Assembly: GCF_001598795.1 (NCBI RefSeq)
Contig: NZ_BCZP01000005.1
Location: forward strand, 150,001 to 182,000
Length of the DNA stretch: 32,000 nucleotides
Origin: Delftia acidovorans NBRC 14950
GTDB taxonomy: Bacteria; Pseudomonadota; Gammaproteobacteria; Burkholderiales; Burkholderiaceae_C
Direction: 5' to 3'
The notes under the pieces were generated by a model. That model was not told where the DNA came from, ran no database searches, and worked only from the letters and a program-made list of their open reading frames with translations. This document shows, piece after piece, positions 15,906 to 25,004 of this stretch. The position numbers and the translations under genes were made by a program. Each line of letters starts with the position of its first letter. Position 1 is the first letter of the stretch.

Positions 15906-17222
15906 ATGACAAGAAAACTTCCGCCCGCCATCTGGATTCTGGTTGCCATGGTGCTGGGCATCGTGATCGGCTACATGGTGTTCATCAACTTTCCCGACAA
16001 GAAGGCGGCCGCGCAGATCGCGGGCTACATCTCCATCATGTCGGACGTGTTCCTGCGGCTGATCAAGATGCTGATCGGCCCGCTGGTGTTCTCCACGCTG
16101 GTGGTGGGCATCGCGCACATGGGCGATGCGGCCTCGGTGGGCCGGGTGTTCCTCAAGGCCATGGGCTGGTTCGTCACCGCCTCGCTGGTGTCGCTGGTCA
16201 TGGGCCTGGTCCTGGCCAACGTGCTGCAGCCGGGCCACAACCTGGGGCTGCCGCTGCCGGACATCGGCGCTTCGGCCAACCTCGCCACCGCCAAGTTCAC
16301 GCTCAAGGACTTCGTCAGCCACCTGGTGCCCAAGTCCTTTGCCGAGGCCATGGCCAACAACGAGATCCTGCAGATCGTGGTGTTCTCCATGTTCTTCGGC
16401 GTGGCCCTGGCCGCGCTCGGTGAAAAGGGCAGGACGCTGGTGGCCGCCATCGACGAGCTGTCCCACGTCATGCTCAAGATCACCGGCTATGTGATGAAGC
16501 TCGCGCCGCTGGCCGTGCTGGCGGCCATGGCGGCCACCGTGTCGGTCAACGGCCTGGAGATCCTGCTGAAGTTCGCCGTCTTCATGGGGGACTTCTACCT
16601 GGGCCTGTTTCTGCTGTGGGGCGTGCTGGTGATCGCCGGTTTCCTGTTCCTGGGCCCGCGCATCTTCAGGCTGCTGGTGCTGATCAAGGAGGCCTTCATG
16701 CTGTCGTTCGCCACCGCCAGCTCCGAGGCCGCCTACCCCAAGATCCTGGACGCGCTGGACCGCTTCGGCGTCAAGCGCAAGATCTCCAGCTTCGTGATGC
16801 CCATGGGCTACTCGTTCAACCTCGACGGCTCCATGATGTACTGCACCTTCGCCGTGCTGCTCATCGCCCAGGCCTACGACATCCACCTGTCGCTGGGCAC
16901 GCAGATCACCATGCTGCTGATCCTGATGCTGACCTCCAAGGGCATGGCCGGCGTGCCGCGCGCCTCGCTGGTGGTGATCGCCGCCACGCTCAACCAGTTC
17001 AACATCCCCGAGGCCGGCCTGCTGCTCATCCTGGGCGTGGACACCTTCCTGGACATGGGCCGCTCGGCCACCAACGCCGTGGGCAACTCCATCGCCACCG
17101 CCGTCGTCGCCAAGTGGGAGGGCGACCTGCTGCCCGAGACCGAAGCCGCCGCCAACGCCGCACGGCTGGATTCGGAGGCCAGGGCCGCGCTGGCCCATCC
17201 CGCCTCCCCGGCCCATTCCTGA
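15906..17222 (+). CDS. dicarboxylate/amino acid:cation symporter (DctA/GltP, DAACS family)
   Basis: MTRKLPPAIWILVAMVLGIVIGY... with the family motifs SFATASSEAAYP, MPMGYSFNLDGS, LTSKGMAGVPRASL and GRSATNAVGNSIATAVVAKWEG. The AAGGAG RBS lies 8 nt upstream of ATG 15906. ATG 15900 is too close to that RBS. The rest of ORF 15492..17222 is a spurious extension through the repeat. Confidence 0.9.
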   Translation: MTRKLPPAIWILVAMVLGIVIGYMVFINFPDKKAAAQIAGYISIMSDVFLRLIKMLIGPLVFSTLVVGIAHMGDAASVGRVFLKAMGWFVTASLVSLVMGLVLANVLQPGHNLGLPLPDIGASANLATAKFTLKDFVSHLVPKSFAEAMANNEILQIVVFSMFFGVALAALGEKGRTLVAAIDELSHVMLKITGYVMKLAPLAVLAAMAATVSVNGLEILLKFAVFMGDFYLGLFLLWGVLVIAGFLFLGPRIFRLLVLIKEAFMLSFATASSEAAYPKILDALDRFGVKRKISSFVMPMGYSFNLDGSMMYCTFAVLLIAQAYDIHLSLGTQITMLLILMLTSKGMAGVPRASLVVIAATLNQFNIPEAGLLLILGVDTFLDMGRSATNAVGNSIATAVVAKWEGDLLPETEAAANAARLDSEARAALAHPASPAHS

Positions 17223-17243
17223 CAACCCGCACAAGGAAACGCC

Positions 17244-18275
17244 ATGAAACCCGAACCCAGATCACGGCCCGGGCAGCCATGGGCGCTGCGGGGACCGGCG
17301 CGGGTGGCAGCGGCAGCGGGCGTGGCGGCCCTTGCGCTGCTGGCCACCACGGCCGGCGCCCAGGAAGCCGACACGCCAGAGCGCACCGCCGCCAGCCTCG
17401 CGCCCGCCACGCTCAGCGGCACGCTGGCCAAGGTGCGCGCCAGCGGCTCCATTGCGCTGGGCTACCGCCAGGCCTCGGTGCCGTTTTCCTACCTGAACGC
17501 GCGCAACGAGCCTATCGGCTACTCCATCGAGCTGTGCAAGGCGCTGGTGACCAGCATCGAGGATGCGGTCAACAGGAGCCTGGCCATCCGCTGGGTGCCC
17601 GTCACGGCCGACAACCGCGTGGACGCCGTGGCCAACGGCCAGGTGGACCTGGAATGCGGCTCCACCACCAGCAACCTGGAGCGCCAAAAGCGCGTGGCCT
17701 TCTCGCCCATCATGTTCGTGGCCGGCACCAAGGTCATGGTCCGGCAGGACGCGCGGATCCGCTCCTTGCGCGACCTGGCCAGCAAGAAGGTGGCGGTGAC
17801 GGCCGGCACCACCAATGAAAAAGCCATGCGCGACCTGGACCGGAAATTTCACCTGGGCATGCAGCTGCAGGTGGTGCCCGACCACTCCCAGGGCTTTGCC
17901 CAGGTGGCCGGCGGCCAGTCCGACGCCTTCGCCACCGACGACGTTCTGCTGTACGGCCTGATCGCGGAGAACGCCGGCAAGGCGGATGGCAACGGCGGCA
18001 CGGGCGCGAGCACGGACGCGAGCCCGGGCGCCAGGTTCCAGGTGGTGGGCGACTACCTCTCCTACGACCCCTACGCCATCATGTTCCGCAAGGACGACCC
18101 CCAGCTGGCCCAGGTGGTGAGGAGCAGCTTCCAGGCGCTGGCCGAGGACGGCGAGATCGAGCGCCAGTACAGGCGCTGGTTCCTGCGCCGCCTGCCCTCG
18201 GGCACCAGCCTGGACCTGCCGATGAGCGCCCAGTTGCAGACCCTCATCGAGACCATGGCCGTCCAACCCCGTTGA
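17244..18275 (+). CDS. periplasmic amino-acid ABC-type substrate-binding protein (GltI-like), orphan
   Basis: 343 aa with a signal-like N-terminus (AAAGVAALALLATTAGAQE). Family 3 solute-binding-protein pattern: IALGYRQASVPFSY...GYSIELCKAL...VDLECGSTTSNLERQK...FATDDVLLYGL. There is a low-complexity insert, ENAGKADGNGGTGASTDASPGARF. No permease or ATPase genes are adjacent. Confidence 0.8.
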   Translation: MKPEPRSRPGQPWALRGPARVAAAAGVAALALLATTAGAQEADTPERTAASLAPATLSGTLAKVRASGSIALGYRQASVPFSYLNARNEPIGYSIELCKALVTSIEDAVNRSLAIRWVPVTADNRVDAVANGQVDLECGSTTSNLERQKRVAFSPIMFVAGTKVMVRQDARIRSLRDLASKKVAVTAGTTNEKAMRDLDRKFHLGMQLQVVPDHSQGFAQVAGGQSDAFATDDVLLYGLIAENAGKADGNGGTGASTDASPGARFQVVGDYLSYDPYAIMFRKDDPQLAQVVRSSFQALAEDGEIERQYRRWFLRRLPSGTSLDLPMSAQLQTLIETMAVQPR

Positions 18276-18395
18276 GGCGGTTACTGCCTGCACCCATTGC
18301 ACGCCGGATGGCGCCTCGCCTGGCCTCGCTCTGCGCACGGCATGCAGCACGCGGGTCGCGCCCACTTTGCAACAGCAAATACAAGGAGACAAGAA

Positions 18396-19826
18396 ATGAG
18401 TCAGCAACTCGAAGGTGGGCTGAAGCCGCGGCACCTCACCATGCTATCCATTGCGGGGGTGATCGGCGGTGCGCTGTTCGTCGGCTCCGGCAAGGTGATT
18501 GCCAGTGCCGGCCCCGCAGCCATCCTGGCGTACATGGGCGGGGGCATCCTGGTGGTGCTGGTCATGCGCATGCTGGGCGAGATGGCCGTGGCGCAGCCTG
18601 ACAGCGGCTCGTTCTCCACCTACGCAGACCGCGCCATCGGGCGCTGGGCCGGCTTCACGATCGGCTGGCTGTACTGGTGCTTCTGGACACTGCTGATGGG
18701 CTGGGAGGCCTATGTGGCCGGGGCCATCCTCAACGCCTGGATGCCGGCCGTTCCCATCTGGGGCTACATGCTGGTGGTGGTCTTCGGCCTGATGGCCGTC
18801 AACTTCTTGCCGGTGCACAACTATGGCGAGTTCGAGTTCTGGTTCGCTCTGATCAAGGTCGTGGCCATTGTGCTGTTCATCGCCATCGGAGCGCTGGCCA
18901 TCGCCAGGCTCTGGCCTGCGGGCGATGTCGCAGGCATGGCGCACCTGACCAGCAAGGGCTTCATGCCCAACGGCCCCGGCGCCGTGGTGGTGGCGCTGCT
19001 GGGCGCGATGTTCGCCTTCATCGGGGCCGAGATCGTCACCGTGGCGGCGGCCGAATCCCGGGACCCGGGCAAGGAAATCGTGCGGACCACCCGGTCCGTG
19101 GTCTGGCGCATTTCGCTGTTCTACGTGGGCTCCATCTTCATCGTGGTCTGCCTGATTCCGTACGACACCCCGGGCCTGATCCTCTCCACCGAAGGCACCT
19201 ATGCCGTCGCGCTCAAGCACCTGGGCATTCCCTTCGCCGGCCAGATCGTCAACTTCGTGGTGCTGACTTCCGTGTGCAGTTGCTTCAACTCGGCGCTCTA
19301 CACCTCCAGCCGCATGCTGTTCTCGCTGGCGCGCCGCGGCGACGCCCCCCGAATGTTCACGACCCTGGGCCGCAGCACCAGCGCGCCCTACATGGCCGTC
19401 ATCGCCTCCAGCGCCCTGGCCCTGCTGACGGTCGCCCTCACCGCCACCGGCCAGATGGACGTGTTCGATGTGCTCATGGCCGCGACCGGCTCCATCGCGC
19501 TGCTGGTGTACCTGTGCATCGCCGTGTCGCAGTTGCACATGCGCCGCAAGCTCGAAGCCAGCGGCACGCCCATCCGCCTGAAGATGTGGTGCTTCCCGGC
19601 GCTGACCTACGCCACCATCTTCTTCATCGTCGCCTCCATGGTGGTCATGGTGGCCGAGGGCACCTACCGCAAGGAAGTGCTCTACACCAGCGTGCTGGGC
19701 GGTGCATTGGTCGCCCTGGGCATGCTGGCGCAAAAGCTCCACTGGGGCCGCCCGAAACCCGGCCGCGTGGAACAGGAGCAGGCCGTTCAGGAAGGCCTGG
19801 GTCCGTTGATCGTCAAACCCGAATAA
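18396..19826 (+). CDS. gabP: APC-family amino acid permease, GabP-like (GABA/omega-amino acid permease type)
   Basis: The ATG at 18396 is preceded by AAGGAGA. GGLKPRHLTMLSIAGVIGGALFVGSG...SGSFSTYADRAIGRWAGFTIGWLYW...NYGEFEFWFALIKV...GAEIVTVAAAES closely tracks E. coli GabP as I remember it. Substrate is not proven. Confidence 0.8.
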   Translation: MSQQLEGGLKPRHLTMLSIAGVIGGALFVGSGKVIASAGPAAILAYMGGGILVVLVMRMLGEMAVAQPDSGSFSTYADRAIGRWAGFTIGWLYWCFWTLLMGWEAYVAGAILNAWMPAVPIWGYMLVVVFGLMAVNFLPVHNYGEFEFWFALIKVVAIVLFIAIGALAIARLWPAGDVAGMAHLTSKGFMPNGPGAVVVALLGAMFAFIGAEIVTVAAAESRDPGKEIVRTTRSVVWRISLFYVGSIFIVVCLIPYDTPGLILSTEGTYAVALKHLGIPFAGQIVNFVVLTSVCSCFNSALYTSSRMLFSLARRGDAPRMFTTLGRSTSAPYMAVIASSALALLTVALTATGQMDVFDVLMAATGSIALLVYLCIAVSQLHMRRKLEASGTPIRLKMWCFPALTYATIFFIVASMVVMVAEGTYRKEVLYTSVLGGALVALGMLAQKLHWGRPKPGRVEQEQAVQEGLGPLIVKPE

Positions 19827-19840
19827 ATGGAGACACAAGC

Positions 19841-21259
19841 ATGAGCACCGATCCATCCGTCCGCATCGAACACGACCTGCTGGGGGACCGCGAGGTTCCC
19901 GCCGACGCCTACTACGGCGTGCACACCCTGCGCGCCCGGGAGAACTTCGGCATCACCGGCACGCCCATCTCCATCTACCCCGAACTGATCCGCGCCCTGG
20001 CCAGCATCAAGCAGGCGGCGGCCCTGACCAACCATGAGCTGGGCCTGCTGGACCAGCGGCGCTGCGATGCCATCGTGAGCGCCTGCCAGGAGCTGCAGGG
20101 CGGGCGGCTGCACGAGCAGTTCGTGGTGGACGTGATCCAGGGCGGTGCAGGCACCTCGACCAACATGAACGCCAACGAGGTCATCGCCAACCGCGCGCTG
20201 GAGCTGCTGGGCCACCACAAGGGCGAGTACCGGTACCTGCATCCCAACGAGCAGGTGAACATCGGCCAGAGCACCAACGACGTCTACCCCACCGCGCTCA
20301 AGATCGCCACCTGGTTCGGCATCCACGGGCTGATCGACGCCATGGACACGCTGCGCCTGGCCTTCGCGCAAAAGGCCGAGGAGTTCCGGGATGTGCTGAA
20401 AATGGGCCGCACCCAGCTGCAGGATGCCGTGCCCATGACGCTGGGCCAGGAATTCAGCACCTATGCCGTGATGATCGAGGAGGACCAGGCGCGGCTGCGC
20501 GAGGCCGTGCTGCTGATCTGCGAGATCAACATGGGCGCCACCGCCATAGGCACGGGCATCACCGCCCATCCCGACTACGCGCCCCTGGTGCTCAAGCACC
20601 TGCAGGAGATCACCGGCATTGCGCTGCAGACCGCACCCAACCTGATCGAGGCCACCCAGGACTGCGGCTCCTTCGTGCAGCTGTCGGGCGTGCTCAAGCG
20701 CGTGGCCGTCAAGCTGTCCAAGACCTGCAACGACCTGCGGCTGCTGTCCAGCGGCCCGCGGGCGGGCCTGGGCGAGATCAACCTGCCGGCCATGCAGGCG
20801 GGATCGAGCATCATGCCGGGCAAGGTCAACCCCGTGATCCCCGAGGTGGTGAACCAGATCGCCTTCGAGGTCATCGGCAACGACATCACCGTCAGCTTCG
20901 CGGCCGAGGCCGGGCAGCTGCAGCTCAATGCCTTCGAGCCCATCATCGCCCACAGCATCTTCAAAAGCGTGAGCCACCTGCGCAACGGCTGCCTGACGCT
21001 GGCCGAGCGCTGCGTGCAGGGCATCACCGCCAACCGCGAACACCTGCGCGCGGCGGTGGAGAACTCCATCGGCATCGTGACCGCGCTCAACCCCTACATC
21101 GGCTACGCCAATGCCACTTCCGTGGCCCAGCAGGCCCATGCCAGCGGCGGCAGCGTCTACGACATCGTGCTGGCCCGGGGCCTGCTGAGCAAAACGCAGC
21201 TGGACACCATCCTGCGGCCCGAGATCCTCACGCGGCCCACGGCACTGAAACTCGGATGA
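19841..21259 (+). CDS. aspA: aspartate ammonia-lyase
   Basis: 472 aa: MSTDPSVRIEHDLLGDREVPADAYYGVHTLRARENF..., GGAGTSTNMNANEV, GQSTNDVYPT, MGRTQLQDAVPMTLGQEF and GSSIMPGKVNPVIPE. It is near-collinear with E. coli AspA from memory. The 860 aa ORF 18677..21259 is a spurious 5' extension. Confidence 0.92.
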   Translation: MSTDPSVRIEHDLLGDREVPADAYYGVHTLRARENFGITGTPISIYPELIRALASIKQAAALTNHELGLLDQRRCDAIVSACQELQGGRLHEQFVVDVIQGGAGTSTNMNANEVIANRALELLGHHKGEYRYLHPNEQVNIGQSTNDVYPTALKIATWFGIHGLIDAMDTLRLAFAQKAEEFRDVLKMGRTQLQDAVPMTLGQEFSTYAVMIEEDQARLREAVLLICEINMGATAIGTGITAHPDYAPLVLKHLQEITGIALQTAPNLIEATQDCGSFVQLSGVLKRVAVKLSKTCNDLRLLSSGPRAGLGEINLPAMQAGSSIMPGKVNPVIPEVVNQIAFEVIGNDITVSFAAEAGQLQLNAFEPIIAHSIFKSVSHLRNGCLTLAERCVQGITANREHLRAAVENSIGIVTALNPYIGYANATSVAQQAHASGGSVYDIVLARGLLSKTQLDTILRPEILTRPTALKLG

Positions 21260-21269
21260 CCGGTCTGCC

Positions 21270-22442
21270 CTACCTGCACACCGCAGGAAACCCATGCCGC
21301 CTGGCCGCCCACACCACGGCCAGCGATGCGCACAGCAGCGCCAGCAGCACGGGCGTGAAGGCGCCCACGCCCATGCGCGCCAGCAGCAGGCCGCCCACGA
21401 TGCCGCCGCCGGCAATCGCCATGTTCCAGGCCGTGACCAGCATGGACTGCGCCACGTCGGCGGCCTCGCCCGCCGTGTGGGCAATGGCGGTCTGCAGCAG
21501 CGTGGCGGCGCCGCCAAAGGCCAGGCCCCAGACGGCCACCGCCGCATACACCAGGGCCGGCGCATCTGCGGCCACGCCCAGCATCAGCGTGGACAGTGCA
21601 AACAGCGCAATGCTGGCCAGCGTGAGCGCACGCAGGTGGCGGTCGATCAGCACGCCGGTGATCCAGATGCCCAGCACGGAGGTGGCGCCGAACACCAGCA
21701 GCACCAGGTCCGTGCGCGCGGCCATGCCCGCCACCGCCAGGAAGGGCGCGATATAGGTGTAGAGAATGTTGTGCGCCAGCACGAAGGCCAGCACCACGAA
21801 CAGCACGGGGCGCACGCCCGCCAGGGTGAACACGTGCCGCAGCGGCAGGTGGCGGCCTGCCGCCTGCCCCGCGAAGTCGGGCAGGCGGGCGCGCACCCAG
21901 ACCATGAGCGCCAGCGCCAGCACGCTCATGAGGCCGAAGCACAGCCGCCAGCCCACCCACTGGCCCAGCACGGTGCCGGCCGGCACACCCAGCGACAGCG
22001 CCAGCGGCGTGCCCACCATGGCAATGGCGATGGCGCGGCCCTTGAGATGGCCGGGCACCATGCGTGCCGCGTAGCCGGCCAGCAGCGCCCAAAGCAGCCC
22101 GGCCGAGACCCCCGCCAGAAAGCGCGCCACCAGGGTCAGCGCAAAGTGCGTGGACAAGGCCGTGACCGTGTTGGCGACGACAAAGCCCGCGATCGCCGCC
22201 AGCAGCAGGGGGCGGCGGCGCATGCCCTGCGTGGCGGCCGTCAGCGGTATGGCGGCCACCAGGGAGCCTATGGCGTAGAGGGTGACGGTCTGGCCCACCC
22301 AGGCCTCGGACACGGCCAGGCCCTGGGCCATCTGCGGCAGCAGGCCAGCCGGCAGCGCCTCGGTCAATATGGTGATGAAGGCTGCCATGGCCAACGCCAG
22401 CAGGGAGGCAACGGGCAGGCGGTCCTGGCGTGTTCCGGTCAT
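21270..22442 (-). CDS. MFS transporter (sugar-efflux/drug-efflux-like, 12-TM type)
   Basis: Hydrophobic 390 aa product with MFS-like loop motifs (GMRRRPLLL, ARFLAGVSAGLLWAL). The ATG at 22442 overlaps the upstream gene's stop as ATGA. GGAGAG lies 6 nt upstream. Confidence 0.8.
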   Translation of the reverse strand: MTGTRQDRLPVASLLALAMAAFITILTEALPAGLLPQMAQGLAVSEAWVGQTVTLYAIGSLVAAIPLTAATQGMRRRPLLLAAIAGFVVANTVTALSTHFALTLVARFLAGVSAGLLWALLAGYAARMVPGHLKGRAIAIAMVGTPLALSLGVPAGTVLGQWVGWRLCFGLMSVLALALMVWVRARLPDFAGQAAGRHLPLRHVFTLAGVRPVLFVVLAFVLAHNILYTYIAPFLAVAGMAARTDLVLLVFGATSVLGIWITGVLIDRHLRALTLASIALFALSTLMLGVAADAPALVYAAVAVWGLAFGGAATLLQTAIAHTAGEAADVAQSMLVTAWNMAIAGGGIVGGLLLARMGVGAFTPVLLALLCASLAVVWAARRHGFPAVCR

Positions 22443-23689
22443 TGCGGCTCTCCCCAAGCCCCGTGGACCTCACAAACCCCGTAGACCGCGTCGCGCAAAT
22501 CGTTGACGAAGCGCCCCGACATGCCTTCGTACAAGGTATTGGTGAAGGCCACGACGCTGAGCTCCTGCGCCCGGTCCACGAACCAGGAATGCCCGTAGGC
22601 TCCGCCCCAGCGCCAGGTGCCCACCGACTCCGGCGATGCCGCCTGCGCCGCATCGCGCAGCACGGAAAAGCCCAGGCCAAAGCCGAAGCCCGGCGCATTG
22701 GGCAGGGCCAGCCCGCCGGTCTGGTCCCGCGCCATCTCGGCGACCAGGGCGTCGGGCAGCAGGGTGTTGCCGCCCTGGCGCAGGGCTTCCAGCAGCCGCA
22801 GGAAATCGCCTGCAGTCCCCGCCATGCCGGCGCCCCCGGAGGCAAAGGCCTGGGCGTCAAAGATGCGCGAAGGGCTGAAGGCAATGCCGATGCTCCCCTC
22901 GAAGGGCGACACGGTCTCGCCCTCGGCCAGCGGATGGGGCTGCGGCACATCGCTGACATAGGCCGTGGCCACGCGCTGCGCGGCCAGCGCATCGGTGACG
23001 GCAAAGCCGGTATCGGTCATGCCCAGCGGCCCGGTCACCAGCTCGCGCACGGCCTGGTCCAGCGGCCTGCCGTGCACCTGTTCAATGAGGGCGCCCAGCA
23101 CATCGGTGGCCAGCGAGTAGCCCCAGGCCGTACCCGGCGCGTACAGCAGCGGCACGCTGGCGATGCGCTCCAGGTTCTCTGCCAGGCCGATGGCCTGGCG
23201 GTCCATGCCGTCCGATACGCCAGCGCGCGCATAGGGGCCTTGTGCATCGGCCTCAAAGAAGCGGTAGCCCAGCCCCGCCGTGTGGCTGAGAAGCTGCCGC
23301 ACGGTGATGCGGGCGGGCCGGCCATCGGCCAGCCGGGGGAGGAACCGTGGCAGCCAGCGCTCCACTCCCTCGTCCAGCGCCAGCAGTCCCCGCGCCACCA
23401 GCACCAGCGCGGCAGCCGAGACGATGGGCTTGCTGGCCGAGGCCAGGCGAAACACCGCATCCACGGCCATGGGCAGCCCGCGCTCGCGGTCGGCCCAGCC
23501 CGCGGCCTGGCGGTGGACCAGGGCGCCGCCACGCGCCACCAGCACCACGGCGCCGACCAGGCGCTGCGCCTCAAGCGCCTGCCGGACCACGGCATGAATG
23601 CGGTCGGACAGGGGCGAGTTCAACGGGGCTGCAGGCAGCGCAGCGGGCGCCGCAGGTGCTGAAGGCGCTGCAGAAAGGGCAATCGTCAT
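22439..23689 (-). CDS. serine hydrolase, beta-lactamase class C / family VIII esterase-like
   Basis: SxxK nucleophile motif (FRLASASKPI), the YAPGTAWGYSLATD region and a C-terminal WRWGGAYGHSWFVD block. I chose ATG 23689. The TTG at 23707 is the track's start. Confidence 0.8.
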   Translation of the reverse strand: MTIALSAAPSAPAAPAALPAAPLNSPLSDRIHAVVRQALEAQRLVGAVVLVARGGALVHRQAAGWADRERGLPMAVDAVFRLASASKPIVSAAALVLVARGLLALDEGVERWLPRFLPRLADGRPARITVRQLLSHTAGLGYRFFEADAQGPYARAGVSDGMDRQAIGLAENLERIASVPLLYAPGTAWGYSLATDVLGALIEQVHGRPLDQAVRELVTGPLGMTDTGFAVTDALAAQRVATAYVSDVPQPHPLAEGETVSPFEGSIGIAFSPSRIFDAQAFASGGAGMAGTAGDFLRLLEALRQGGNTLLPDALVAEMARDQTGGLALPNAPGFGFGLGFSVLRDAAQAASPESVGTWRWGGAYGHSWFVDRAQELSVVAFTNTLYEGMSGRFVNDLRDAVYGVCEVHGAWGEPQ

Positions 23690-23762
23690 GGGAATTCCCG
23701 GGATCAAATGAACAGGGTTCCGACGATAGAAAGACCGCGATTAAAGAAAAAGTGGGGTAGAT

Positions 23763-23779
23763 TTCCGGTTTATGCGGAA
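23763..23779. promoter_or_regulatory. TTCCG-N7-CGGAA dyad, candidate LysR-type binding site
   Basis: An inverted repeat read directly (TTCCGGTTTATGCGGAA) in the 100 bp divergent region between the serine-hydrolase/MFS operon and the LysR gene. LysR boxes are dyads around a T-N11-A core. The assignment is inference only. Confidence 0.25.
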
Positions 23780-23792
23780 CTGGGCGTCCGCA

Positions 23793-24779
23793 ATGAAGGA
23801 GCGGCGTTTGGACAGCCTGAACGGGTTCGTGGTGTTCGTGCAGGTCGCCGAGACCCGCAGTTTCGTGGCGGCCGGCCGGCTGCTGGGAGTCTCGGCATCG
23901 GCCATCGGCAAGAGCGTGGCAAGGCTGGAGGACCGGCTGGGCGTGCGCCTGTTCCACCGCAGCACGCGCAGCATCACGCTGACGGCCGAGGGCGCGCTGT
24001 TCCTGGAGCGCAGCCGGCGCATCCTGGCCGAGATCGAGGCCGCGCAGCTGGAGCTGTCGCAGGCCAGCACCGTGCCGCGCGGCCGGCTGCGGGTCAGCCT
24101 GCCCCTGGTCAGTTCGCTGGTCCTGCCGGTGCTGGGAGAGTTCATGCGCGCCTATCCCGAGATCGAGCTGGACCTGGACTTCACCGACCAGCTGGTCGAT
24201 GTGATCGAGGAAGGCTTCGACGCCGTGGTGCGCACGGGCGCGCCCGCCGACTCACGCCTGTCCGCGCGCCGGCTGGGCGACTTCCGCTACCTGCTGGTGG
24301 CCTCGCCCGACTACCTGGCGCAGCGCGGCACGCCCCGGGTGCCCGAGGATCTGCTGGAGCACAGCTGCCTGCACTACCGCTACCCCCACAGCGGCAAGCT
24401 GGAGCCCTGGGTGCTGCGGCGCGCAGCGGGCGCGCCCGAGCTGCAGCTGCCCACCTCCATGATCTGCAACAACATCGAAACCCGGCTGTGCTTTGCGCTG
24501 CAGGGCCTGGGCATCGCCTACCTGCCGGAGTTCTCCATCCGCGAGCCGCTGGCCGACGGCCGGCTGCAGCCCGTGCTGGCGGACTGCATGGAGCACACCA
24601 ATGTCTTCCACGTGCTGTGGCCCGCCAGCAAGCACCCCTCGCCCAAGCTGCGGGCGCTGGTGGACTTCCTGTGCGCGCGGGTGTTTCCGCAGGCGCAACC
24701 CGGGCAGGCCCAGGACGCTGCCAGGACCGGCGCGCCCAAGACACCCAAGACACCCCAGACATCCGAGACGCGCAGATAG
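23793..24779 (+). CDS. LysR family transcriptional regulator
   Basis: MKERRLDSLNGFVVFVQVAETRSFVAAGRLLGVSASAIGKSVARLEDRLGVRLFHRSTRSITLT is a canonical LysR helix-turn-helix. An alternative ATG lies at 23772. The C-terminal tail PKTPKTPQTSETRR is encoded by a 9 bp tandem repeat. Confidence 0.9.
   Translation: MKERRLDSLNGFVVFVQVAETRSFVAAGRLLGVSASAIGKSVARLEDRLGVRLFHRSTRSITLTAEGALFLERSRRILAEIEAAQLELSQASTVPRGRLRVSLPLVSSLVLPVLGEFMRAYPEIELDLDFTDQLVDVIEEGFDAVVRTGAPADSRLSARRLGDFRYLLVASPDYLAQRGTPRVPEDLLEHSCLHYRYPHSGKLEPWVLRRAAGAPELQLPTSMICNNIETRLCFALQGLGIAYLPEFSIREPLADGRLQPVLADCMEHTNVFHVLWPASKHPSPKLRALVDFLCARVFPQAQPGQAQDAARTGAPKTPKTPQTSETRR
24735..24770 (+). repeat. imperfect in-frame 9 bp tandem repeat x4 (CCCAAGACA CCCAAGACA CCCCAGACA TCCGAGACG)
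   Basis: Read directly. It encodes PKT-PKT-PQT-SET at the extreme C-terminus of the LysR regulator. Confidence 0.85.
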
Positions 24780-25004
24780 GCTGCCCGCCGGCTGCTGCCC
24801 TGACTTGCTGGCTATCGCGCGGGCCCTTATCTGAGTTAGCATGCTTATAGAGCGACGTATTCACAGAGTCATATCGGTTGCTCTGGCCCACCGGCAGGCA
24901 GGACCTGCGTCTCGAGCGCTGTGGCGTGCAGGGGCGCTATATCGGTGGGCCATTGCGGTTGACAGCTGGCGTTGCAGATCTTTTTTCTTGTCTCGCTGCG
25001 TTGC

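Noticed and set aside
24959-24964. A perfect TTGACA hexamer upstream of the Cache-PAS-GGDEF gene as a -35 element.
   Set aside because: No acceptable -10 hexamer lies 16-18 bp downstream; the sequence there is TTTTTC/TTTTTT. I do not call a promoter.
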